DNA of 55,669 bases, from positions 62,001 to 117,669 of the forward strand of contig CALSCO010001030.1 of the NCBI GenBank assembly GCA_943704415.1, given 5' to 3'. Source of the DNA: Parvularia atlantis. Its lineage: Eukaryota. This document shows positions 35,893-47,071 of this stretch, piece by piece. The notes below the pieces were generated by a model. It saw only the letters and a list, made by a program, of their open reading frames with translations. It was not told the origin of the DNA and did not search any database. The position numbers and the translations under genes were made by a program. Within the stretch, counting starts at the first letter, position 1. Every line of letters begins with the position of its first letter.

Positions 35893-38800
35893 ATGGACGT
35901 GCTCGCCGACGTGCCACTGCTGGCGGGCGTGTCGCGCCAGGTCCTGTTTGCCGTGGCCGTTGCCCTCGCGAGTCTCGCCTTTGTCGCGGTCGTGTTGAGC
36001 CGGGCGTGGCGCCGCCACCGCGCGCGCGTGCAGCTGCGTGAGGAGCTGCGCAGCACGCTGGCCGCCGCGCCCAAGCCGCGCAAGGAGGCGCCCGCCGCGC
36101 CCAAGCCGGCCGTGACGGCCGTGGCGAAGCCGGCCAAGCCGCCCGCGGCCGCCGTGGCGAAGCCGCCCAAGCCCGAGCCCCCGATGCCTGCCGCGGCCCC
36201 CGTGGCCGCCGAGCCGGCGAAGCCGAAGCCGAAGCCGAAGCCCGCCAAGGTCGCCAAGCCCGAGGTGGCCACCAGTAGCGCCCCCGCGCCCGCAGCCCCC
36301 GCCGCGGCCAAGCCCGTCTCGACGGAGGAGACCAAGCCCAAGGAGACCAAGCCCAAGGAGACCAAGCCCAAGGAGACCAAGCCCAACGGCGTACACGCGC
36401 CCGGCAGCGTGGCCGTCATTGTACCGCGCGAGCTCATCAGCATCCTGGAGACGCTCGACGCGGACCAGCTCGAGGCCGCGCTGAACGAGACGCTCGCGCG
36501 GGTGCGTGGCGCCACGCTTGTGCGCCGGTGAGCGCGGCGCTCACGTCGCACGTGCGTGAACCAGATCGAGGCGCCATCCGACTGGGAGCACGTGAGCAAG
36601 GTCAAGGCCGAGCGGGTGCCGTCGGCGCTGCAGGTGCGGAGGCGCGTGCTTGCTGCGTGGACGCGGCTCAACCGCTCGCCGCAACAGAACAGGCTTAAGG
36701 TGGCCGAGGACGAGATCGCCGACCTCAGGAAAGCGGTGGAGCTGTCGCACACGCAGATCGAGGGCTTTAAGACGCAGAAGGACCGTGCCGAGCGTGACCT
36801 GCGCCACCGCGAGGCCGCGTTGCAGGTGCAACGAGCCGCGGCCTGCGCGCGCACTGACCGCCCCGCGCGCGAGCAGGAGACGGCCAGCAAGCACAGCAGC
36901 GAGTTGCAGACGCTCAAGGCGGCCAACGAGACGCTCGCGAAGCAGCTGCGCGAGGTGCATCGGGGTGCACCCGACTTGCCGCTACTGGGCGGCTCATGCA
37001 CTGCACGCAGGCCCTTGCCCCGACCGCGAGCCAGCCATCGCCGGCCGAGCCGTCGGCCAAGCTTGCGACGCTGCTTGCCGAGATTGCCAAGCTTGAGGGC
37101 CAGAATGCGCAGCTGTTGCGGAACCTCGAGCTGCACGTGCGTGGCGTCCGCGTCGGCACGGTTCGCTGCCACTGACGCGTTCATGCGGACGTGCGCCAGA
37201 ACAAGCAGCACGCAGACAGCGTCAAGACGCTGCAGGAGTCAATGGTGCGGCTGCCCGTGACGGCCCGGTGGCGGTGCCTGACGCCGCGCCCGTGCCCGCA
37301 GGAGAACATCGTCAACCAGAACGCAGCCGAGATCGCGCGCATGAAGGCCGCGGTCAAGGATGCGCAGGACCGCGCGCAGGGCGTGATGGAGGCCGAGAAG
37401 CAGCAGCGCCTAGCGGCCACGGCGGCCAAGGCGGAACTGCATGTGCGCGGGCGCGTCTGGATGCCGGTGCGACTGACTGTGTTCGCTCTTCGCAGACCGT
37501 GCAGGCGCAACTTCAGCAGGTTCAAGCGGCCGTCCAGCAGGCGCACGCGGCAGCGGCGGCGAGCAAGCAGAGCGAGGATGCGCTCGTGCGCGCGATTGCG
37601 GTGCGTGCGCCCATCGAGCACTTGCCGCGTCCGCTCACGCGAGGCATAGACGCTCAAGCAGGAGCTAGCGGCCAGCGAGACGGCCCTGGCGCAGGCACGC
37701 GCGGCGCCCGCGAGTGTGCCCAAAGACATCGCGACTGCGGGTGCGCCGCCAGGCGGCGCGAGGTCCCCGCAGCCTCACCAAGCCCTCCTTCGCGCAGAGC
37801 ACCTCGCGCACGCGCAGCAGGAGATCAAGCAGCTGCAGGCTGAGGCCGCGGAGCTGCGGCTGAAGCTGGCTGACGCGACGCACGCCGCGAGCAAGGCGGC
37901 CGCCGCGCCCGCGCCCACGCCTGCGCCTGCCCCTGTCGACGTGCACGCGCTGCCCGAGGTGCAGCAGCTCAAGCAGGCGCTATCCAAGGCGTCGGTCGAT
38001 GTCGAGCAGCTGCAGAAGCAGGTCAAGGACGTGACGCAGGCGGCGGCGCAGCGCGCACAGGGCGCCGAGAAGACGGTGCGTGCAGCGGTGGCGCGTCGCG
38101 GTCGCGGGTGGCAGCTCACCGGCGCCGCCAGTCGTACGCGTACACGCAGATGCTGGTCGCCCAGCTCGGCGACCTGGCCGAGGAGCGCAACGAGCTGCGG
38201 CGCACGGTCGAGACGTACGTCAAGGGGCAGCAGCAGGCGGCGGCGGCGGCGAGCGGGCCAGCCAAGGACGACGTGAAGAAGAAGTCCACGCCTGCACCGG
38301 CCCCGACCGACGCGGGCGTGCGTTGGGCGTGCGCTGCATGGCGCGCGCGGATGGGCGCTGAGAGGCGTGTGCCGGCCGCAGACGCTGGCCTACATGCAGA
38401 CGCTCGTGATGCGCGTCGCCGATCTGGACGAGGAGCGCCGCGAGCTGCTGAGGACGATCGACGGCAAGGGCGCCAAGCCGGGAAAGGCCGTCGCCCCCGC
38501 GCCCGCCCCCACACCGACGCCCGCCGCCGCCCCGCTCAGCAAGGAGCACCTTGACCACAACGTGCGGCGCGCGGGGCACGGGCGCTCCCAGGCGGCTCAC
38601 GCGCATGCGCCGCGCCGCGCCGCGCCGCACAGCTCTATGTCTATAACCAGCAGCTCATCCTGAAGCTGGCCGAGTCGCTCGAGGCGCAGCAGCAGCTCGA
38701 GGTGACGCTGGCCAGGCGGGGCGAGGCGGCGAGCAAGCGCGCGCCCGCGCCCGCGCAGCTGACGATCGCCGAGGAGGGCGCGGCCGGCCCGGCTCCCAAT

Positions 38801-39454
38801 GGCACGGCTGCCGAGGAGCACGAGGAGGACTTTGAGCTGTTTGGCGACGACGACGACGACGACGAGGAGGTGCGGCGACGGCAGAGGCGTCTGCCCTGCC
38901 GCGTTTGACCGCGCGCCTAGGTCGACGTCGAGGCTGAGAAGCTCAAGGCCAAGCGGCTCGAGAAGTACAACGCCAAGAAGGCCAATAGTGCGCGGTAGGC
39001 GCGCGCGCCGTCCGCTGCATTCACGCGCGCGCGTCTTAGAACCCTTGGTGATCGCCGAGTTGTCGCTCTTGCTCGACGTCAAGCCGTGGGACGACGAGAC
39101 CGGTGCGCGGCGCGATGCTTCTGTGCGCGCGCGCGCACGCGCGCAGTGGGCTCATGCACCGGCCGCAGATATGAAGGAGCTCGAGGAGGGCGTGCGCGCG
39201 ATCCAGACCGACGGCCTGCTGTGGGGCCCCTGTTCGTTGTCGTGTCGCGCGATTCCGCGTGAGTGTGCCGCGCTGACTGCCGCCTTCGCCCCGCCGCAGC
39301 CAAGCTTGTGCCGGTCGCGTTCGGCATGAAGAAGCTGCAGATCACGGCCACGGTCGAGGACGGCAAGGTCTCGACCGACTGGCTCAAGGAGCAGATCACG
39401 GCGCTCGAGGACCACGTGCAGTCGATGGACATCGTCGCGTTCGACACGATCTGA
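35893..39454 (+). CDS. N-terminal TM anchor + Pro/Lys/Ala linker + long coiled coil + eEF1B (beta/delta) acidic and GEF domains; 16 introns, about 850-900 aa
   Basis: The frame stays open across all 16 GT-AG introns, from [30 protein letters not shown] to [57 protein letters not shown]. Confidence 0.8.
36328..36387 (+). repeat. Coding 15-nt tandem repeat x4 (ETKPK)
   Basis: gagaccaagcccaag x3, followed by gagaccaagcccaac. Confidence 0.95.
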
Positions 39455-39506
39455 GCGGGCCAAAAGTAGTTTGTAGTGCGCTGTGGCAGCATCTGGCACA
39501 GATACA

Positions 39507-39795
39507 CTAGCTGCCGCCCTCGCCGGGCGTGGACGCGGCCGCCTGCAGCCGCGCCGCAGCCTCGGCCATCTGTGCGTGACGGTGCTTGCGTGAGCGCATC
39601 GTCTCTGCCCGCGAGCGCATCCGCGCACACCTTGATGAGGTCGCGCTGCGTCTCGGCGGCCAGCGCCCGCACGCGCGCCGCCTCCTGCCGCAGCAGCGCG
39701 CGCTCGTCGCGCACCTGCTCCAGCACCGCGTCGACCCGCCCGGCCGCGCCGAGCAGCGCGAGCTGCCGCTGTCGCGCCGCGACAAACTCATCCAT
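39507..39795 (-). CDS. Small coiled-coil protein of about 75 aa, possibly KxDL/BORCS4-like; 1 intron
   Basis: MDEFVAARQRQLALL...ALAAETQRDLIK|MAEAAARLQAAAS..*; QRDL sits at the KxDL position; clean GT-AG intron. Confidence 0.5.
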
Positions 39796-39826
39796 GGCGG
39801 CTTGTCACCAATCTGCTTTCGCCGCC

Positions 39827-40129
39827 ATGCTGCGCAACGGCCACGTGGCACGCCAGCGTGCAGGAGGCGACGCGGCCGCGGCGGCGTGGCTCGAGGCGGC
39901 CGTGCTCGGCGTGGACGCGGGCGCGGCGTTGCGGCGCGCCAAGAGCCGGCCGGCCTCATCGTCACGTGCTGCGGCGGCGGCGGACGACGGCGAGGACGAG
40001 CGCGCGCTCGCGGTGGCCGGGTTTGTCGTCGACAAGCGGCCGGCGCGCGGCAACGCGGACGCGGAGGACGACGACGGCGAGTCGCCGTTTGCGCACTTTG
40101 ACCACGCGGCACTCGACGACGACGACGAG

Positions 40130-40165
<36 letters not shown>

Positions 40166-41929
40166 CGCGCACGACCAGTCAAGCGCCCGCGCGGGCGCGA
40201 CGAGGCCGATGGAGCGGCCGCCGTGCACGGCTGGGCGGGCGAGCGGCCGCCTGTGTGGGTCGATGAGGACGACCGCCGCGTGTCGATCGACATCGCCGCC
40301 GTGCGGCGCCTGCGCAAGCTGCGCGCCAATGAGCAGCAGACCGTCGTCAACGGCGTCGAGTACCAGGCCAAGCTGCGGCAGCAGTGCGTGCGGCAGCGGC
40401 GATGGGTGGCAAGCCGGCTCACGTACGACGCAGGCTGGCCAAGCTGCGCTCGCACCAGTGCTGGACCGCGGCGTTTGAGGCCGCGCGGCAGGAGCGGCTG
40501 CGCGAGGGCGCGCAGGACGACGGTGCGCGCAAGCCCGTGCCGGTCGCGCTGCGACGTGCTCACGGCCTCGCAGAGATCACGGTGCTGCTGTCGCGCGCGG
40601 GCAAGCTCACGCGCAAGTCGGCGCTGCTGCCGCAGACGGCGATCGACATTGCGCGCGTGCGCGACCTGAACGAGTCGGCGCGCACCGAGGCGTCGATTGA
40701 GGCCATACACTTCCACCCGAGCGGCCAGCTCGCCCTCACGGCTGGGCTGGATAAGACGCTGCACCTGTTCCAGGTACGGGCGCGCGCATCAGCGTCGCAC
40801 GCACGGCGCTTCTCAGCGGCGGCGTGCAGGTCGACGGCCGCGCCAATGAGCAGGTGCAGAGCGTGCACTTCCAGGACCTGCCGGTGCACTCGGCCGCGTT
40901 CACGCCCGATGGGCGGTACATTTTCGCGTCGGGGCGGCGGCGCTTCTTCTACGCGTACGACGTCGAGGCGGGCACGGTCGAGCGCGTGCCGTCGATCGCC
41001 GGTGCGCGCGCTGTGCCCGCCCCTGTGCGCAGCGGTGACCGTCGTGCGCGCACGCAGGCCACACCGAGAAGAGCCTCGAGTCGATGGTGGTCTCGCCGTC
41101 GGGCGAGTACCTCGCGTTCATGGTGCGTGCGCCGCGCGGGTGAGGTCGCGCCCGCTCACCGCGCTGCAGGGCAACCAGGGCCTGGTGATGCTCGTGTCGA
41201 CGCTCACGCGCCAGTGGATCGCCGACCTGCGCATGAACGGCTCGGTGCGGAGCATGGCCTTCTCGCGCGACGGGCGGTCGCTCTACACCTTTGGCGGTGC
41301 GCGCTGTTGAGGTGGCCGCGCACGGGGCGCTCGCTTACCCTGCCCGGCGCGCGCAGGCGAGGGCGACGTGTACGTGTGGGACGTCGGGCAGCGGCGGTGC
41401 GTGCACAAATTCCACGACGACGGGTGCATCCACGGGACGTCGCTGGCCGTGTCGGCCGACGGGCAGTACATCGCGTGCGGGTGTGTGTGTCGGCTCGCGA
41501 TGGCCAGTACGGTGCAGCTGACCGCGACACAGCTCCGATACGGGCGTCGTCAACTTGTACACGCACCAGGCCGCGAGCGCGTCCGACTTGCCCAAGCCCG
41601 AGCGCTCGTTCATGAACCTGACGACGAGCGTGAACCTGCTCGGGTTCAACAACGACGAGCAGGTGCTCGCGATGGGCAGCAAGCAGAAGCGCGACGCGTT
41701 CAAGCTGGTGCGGCGCGCGCGCACACGCCACACGCGCACCCCTTGACACGCGCTGCGCGTGCAGGCGCACGTGGCCTCGCGCACCGTCTTCGCCAACTGG
41801 CCCACGGGCAACACGCCAATCCACCACCCGAGCAGCTTTGCGTTCTCGCCTCACGACGGCTACCTCTGCGTGGCGAACGACCGCGGGCGCGCCCTGCTGT
41901 ACCGTGTGAACCACTATGAGACGGCGTGA
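39827..41929 (+). CDS. UTP18: U3 snoRNP WD40 protein UTP18, about 9 introns
   Basis: PVWVDEDD..VSIDIAAVRRLRKLR..VVNGVEYQAKLRQQ, FHPSGQLALTAGLD, FHDDGCIHGTSL, FMNLTT, TVFANWP, LLYRVNHY. Confidence 0.93.
40115..40165 (+). repeat. (GAC)n coding repeat (poly-Asp) in UTP18
   Basis: GACx4, GAG, GACx12. Confidence 0.9.
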
Positions 41930-41954
41930 GAGGGGAGGTACAACGGCGGCGCGC

Positions 41955-43701
41955 TTAGTGCGGGCACGTCCGGCGCGGCGTCGCGTTTGACGCGCTGTCG
42001 TCGTCGCGGTAGATGCGCCCGCCCTTCATCACAAACTTGACCTGGCGCAGGTCCGCGACGCGCGCGAGCGGGTCGCCCGCCACGGCGATCAGGTCCGCAG
42101 GCGCACCGGCCTCGAGCACGCCCAGACCGGCCGCGGGGTCGACGAGCGCGGCGGCCTTGATCGTCGCGGACTGGATGGCCTGGAGCGGCGTCATACCCAC
42201 GTCGACGTACAGCTGCGGCGCGCGCGCACATGCTCAGCCGAGGCGGTGAAAGGCGTCCCGCGGGGGGCCGCACCTCGATCTCGCGCACGTTCTCGCCGTT
42301 CTCGACGCCGCCGACGTCGCTGCCCGCCACCACCTCGACGCCCAACTCGAGCGCGCGCCGCACCACAGCCTTCGCCGTCTCGAAGCGCGGGATGTCCTCC
42401 GGGTCCCACTGCGACCGCGTGAGCCCGGCGCGACGCACGCGCGTGGGCCGTGTGTGCGCACCGACGCTGCGGCCTCAAAGATGGCGAGGGTCGGGCACAG
42501 GGCGACGTTTTTGTCGCGCATCGCCGTCAGCGCCTCGTCGTTGGCCTGGTCGCCGTGCTCGATGCTGCGCACGCCCGCCTGCACCGCGCGCAAGATCGCT
42601 GCGCCCGGCTCCGCCGTCAGCGCGTGCCACAGCATCGCGAAGCGTCGCGGCGCACCGTCCGGCTTCACGGCGTGCACGGCGACCTTGGCGCCGACCTCGG
42701 CCGCCTCGCTCACCGCCGCTGCCATCTCCTCCACGCTAAAGTTCGGGTAGTACTTGCCCTGGTAGCGGCTGTAGTCGCCGTAGAGCTGCGTTTTTGGAGG
42801 CGCACGGCGTGAGCGAGCAAGAGCGACTGCGTGCGAGCTGACCTTGATCCAGTCGGCCCCGCCGTAGTTGAGCTGGCGGCGCACGACCTTGCGCATCTCG
42901 TCGACGCCGTCGGCTACCTCGGCCCCGACGTACTGGTAGTAGTTGTAGCCTATTTGCGCGTGCGCAACGTGAGCGCGCGCGTGTGCGGTTTGTTGCGTCA
43001 CGGCACACGCACCCTTGGGTGGGTATGAGCCCGTGGAGACGATCGCGCGGCTGGCGATATACAGCCGCGGTCCGTCGACCCAGCCCTCGGCGATGGCGCG
43101 CTTCAGGTCCTGGTCGGCGTCCTCGGCGCCCTCCGTGCCGAGGTCGCGCACGGTCGTGAAGCCGCTGAGGATCGTGCTGGCCGCCCGCGGGTGCGGTGTA
43201 TCAGCGCGTGCGGCCGGGCGGGGACAAGGGCGCGGCGCGTACCGGCGCGCGTACATGCCGGCGCGGAGCGTGCGCTGCGGGATGGACTCTTGCGTGACCT
43301 GTGTGTGTGGCGCGCGCACGCTTTGCGTTGCAACGCGGGCAGTGCGCGCGCACCTGCGTGTTCCAGTCGACGATGTTGTACGGGCGCAGGAAGAGATGCA
43401 CGTGCGCGTCGATCAGGCCCGGCAGCACAAACGCGTCCGACAGGTCCACGACGTCGCGGCCGGCGCGGCTGAGCGCGGCGGCGCCGCCCTGGGTGATGCC
43501 GGTGATGTTTGCGATGACGCCGTCGACGACGGTGATGACCTGGTCCGTCGCGACGCGGCCCGTGCGCACATCGAGCACGCGGCCGGCGAGCAGCACGGTC
43601 TCGGCCGCGGCCGCAGCACTCGCAAGCGCCGCCGCCGCCGCAGCAGCAGCAGCCGCAAACAGGACAACGGCGGCACGTGACGCGGACATCTTGGATGACA
43701 T
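41955..43701 (-). CDS. Secreted metal-dependent amidohydrolase (Amidohydro_1, bacterial Xaa-Pro dipeptidase-like), about 9 introns
   Basis: Signal peptide; LPGLIDAHVH, SGFTTVRDLGTEGA, GADWIK, KVAVHA, SIEHG, AGSD, ADLIAVAGDPL..VKFVMKGG. Confidence 0.88.
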
Positions 43702-43790
43702 CCGCCGGCATGCTTGCGCGCTGTCTGCGTCGCGGCTTTGGAACGCGTCCAGGCGCGGCGGCCGAGCTCGCGCAGCCCGGGGAGCTCGTC

Positions 43791-45942
43791 ATGGGCGCGC
43801 AGACGGACGGTGCGCACGGCGTGGCGCGGCGCGGCGCGTGTGGCTGAGATTGTTGCGGCAGGCGTCATCGTCGGCGTGGACGAGAAGGGCGAGCTGTGGT
43901 GAGCGGCGCCGCTCACGAGGCGCACGAACGGCTGACCGAGCTGCGCTGCCACCAGGCCCGGCAGCGACTACGTCAACCGCGCGAGCCAGGGCCGGCTGCA
44001 GCGCCTGCTTGGCCTGACGGGCCACACGCACAAGGACGGTGCCGTGCGCGTGCTGCACGACGTCCACGCGAGCTTCCCGCGCGTCGCCGTCGTGACGTGC
44101 CGCCGCGCCGGCTGGACGGGCGATGAAACGCGGCGCGCAGTGCGTCGCGTTGCCGGTGACGGACCGTCTGTCGCTCACGCGCCGCGCCAGACGGCCATCG
44201 CCGCGCGCGCCCTGCGCGACCACGGCGCCAAGCGCGTGCAGGTGGAGCGCCTGGGCAGCTTCCAGGGTGCGCGCACGCGGGATGCACCATCAGGCCTGCT
44301 GAGCGATCGCGCCAGCTGCCGCCGAGGGCATCACCCTCGGCACGTACACTTTTGACCGCTACAAAGCCGCGAGCTCGCCCGCGCCGTTTGCCGAGCCGCT
44401 GTGCTCGGCCGCCGACCGCACCAAGAGCCTGGCCGAGTTTGACCGCGGGACGGTGCTGGCGCAGGCGCAGAACTGGGCGCGCACGCTGGCCGAGCTGCCG
44501 CCGAACGTGCTCACGCCGGCCGAGTTTGCCAAGCAGGCGACGGAGGTGCGGTGACAATGATGCGCATGCGTCGTCGATCGAGCGCTGAACGGGTGCCCGC
44601 GCGCGCCAGACGCTCGAGGCGGGCGCGCGGAAGATGGCCGTGAAGGTGCACAACCAGGACTGGATCGAGGGCGCGCAGATGAACCTATTCCTGGGCGTGG
44701 CGCGCGGTGCGTGCGTGCGAGGCGAGCTGCTGTCCTGGCTGACGCGCCGCGCAGGCTCGGCCAAGCCGCCGCGGCTGATGGAGGTGCGCTTCGTCAACGG
44801 CGACCCGGCGCGGCCGCACGTCGTGCTCGTGGGCAAGGGTGCGCGCCCGCGTGGCCGTGCGGTGCGGTTCTGACCACTGGCTGTGGCAAAGGCATCACGT
44901 TCGACAGCGGCGGCATCTCGATCAAGCCGTCCGCTCACATGGACATGATGAAGGGCGACATGGGCGGCGCGGCGGCGGTGGTCGCTGCGATCAAGGTGCG
45001 CGGGCCGGGGCGCGGAGCGGTACTCGCGGTCTCGCTGAGCGCCAAGCAGGCCATCAGCGACCTCGACCTGAAGATCAACGTCACGGGCATTGTGCCGCTG
45101 TGCGAGAATATGCCGTCGGGCACCGCCATGCGCCCGGGCGACATCATCGAGTCGAGCGGCAAGAGCGTCGAGGTGCGCCCGGTCTGCAACTGTGCGCGCG
45201 CGACCGCTCACTGCCCCGGCATACCAGATCATAAACACGGACGCGGAGGGGCGCCTCATCCTCGGCGACGCGCTGTACTACGCCACGGCCAACAAAACGC
45301 TGGCGTCGGTGCGCGTGCGCGCGTGTGGGTGGAGGACCGTGCGCGCCTGATGCTCGCTCGCAGTGCGTGATCGACGTCGCAACGCTCACGGGCGCGATCG
45401 ATGTCGCGCTCGGGTATTACGGCTGCGGCCTGTTCACCAACAACATGCCGTGCGTCGGCCGCCCGGTGATGCATACGTGGCTTGTGTGCTGAACGCGTGC
45501 CGCAGATTCTTCGACAAGGCCGTGCAGGCGGCGCAGCAGGCGACGGGCGAGATCGCGCACCCGTGCGGGCGCCCCGCGCGTGCCAGCGTCTGCTCACACG
45601 CGCGGGCGCAGGATGCCGATCGGCCGCTGGCACCGGCAGCAGATCGAGTCGCGCGTAGCCGACATCAAAAACTCGACCGAGTCGCGCTCGGGCGGGGCGG
45701 CGACGGCGGCCGCGTTCCTGCAGCACTTTGTGACCAACGTGCGTATGGCCCGGCACGCGCGCTTTTTTTGTGCGTCGTGAGCGCGCGCGGCGCGGCAGGA
45801 CAAGCCGTGGATGCACCTCGACATGGCGGCCGTGATGCACTCGTCCAAGACGGACGGGTACGACGTGCAGGGCATGACGGGCCGGCCGACGCGGCTGCTG
45901 GTCGAGCTGGCCGAGCGGCTCTTCGCGCAGGGGCAGCAGTGA
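43791..45942 (+). CDS. LAP3: M17 leucine aminopeptidase, about 12 introns
   Basis: [64 protein letters not shown]; all metal ligands present. Confidence 0.93.
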
Positions 45943-45973
45943 TCGCGTTGCGTTGTCATCTGTCATCCGCTCT

Positions 45974-47026
45974 ATGTCGACGCTGCAGTTCGCGCCGCTG
46001 GCGTCGGCCGTCGAGGCCGTGTTCTGGCACGACCTGGGCACGCAGAAGGTGGCCCACGCGGGCGGGTGCAGCGCAGGCGCGGGTGGGGCGGGCGCTGACT
46101 CGGGACGGTGCGGCACGTGGCAGGTGAACCATTACAAGCTCGACGACTCGCCCAAGCCTGTCTTCGGCACGTACGCGGCCGGCAGCGACGCGGCTCGCCC
46201 GGCGCTGCTGTGCGTTGGCACGGACGCGTTCCGCGCGGACGGCGTGGCGGCGAGGTGCGCGCACGGTGGACGTGATGCGCAGCCTAACGACAACGACGCT
46301 GCGCCAGCTACGCGCCGCCGTACCACTTCCCCGCGCCGGGCACGCTGCGCAACACCAACACGGCCGAGGCCTTCCGCGACCTGGACAAGAAGGAGCTGCT
46401 GAACGCGGCAGGGCAGGAGGCACGTTGCCCTTGTGCCGTGGTGGTCAGGCTGACGCGACGTGCGCCGCTCGCAGCTGTGGGACGACATCACGTCCGGCCG
46501 CGCGCTCGCACGGCCGTGGCTGCTCGCGCGCTTCCTGCTGCTGACCTTCGCCGACCTTAAGAAGTACAAGTACAAGTACTGGTTCGCCTTCCCGGCCCTC
46601 ACGCCCGCCGCGCCCTTCTCCGTCGCCGCCACCACGCCGCTCGCCGCCGTCCTTGCGCACGAGCAGCAGCACGCCCTCCGCACCGCCTACGCCGCGCTCC
46701 GCGGCCTGCCCGACCGCCAGGGCGACCTCGGCGCGGCCGCTGCCGTCACCGTGCGCGTCGATGGCGCGACCAAGGCGCTGAGCGTGCACGCCCTGGCCGA
46801 GTACGCGAGCACGCCGGCCGGCGCGCAGGCACGCGCGCACTCGCCCCGCTCATCGGTCGCTCACCGATCCGCCACCACCGTCGGCAGGCATACGTCATGT
46901 TTGCCGACGCTGCCGCGCTCCCCACCCACCCGGGCTGGTATCTGCGCAACCTGCTTGTGCTGCTGCGGCACCAGCTCAAGCTCGACCGGGTCAAGGTGCG
47001 CGCACCGCAGCGGCACGCACCGCGCG

Positions 47027-47071
<45 letters not shown>

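Noticed and set aside
36328..36387. Short tandem repeats as a possible CRISPR or mobile-element signature (also 51539-51612)
   Set aside because: They are in-frame coding repeats (ETKPK; poly-Pro-SFA) without spacers, cas genes or a transposase.
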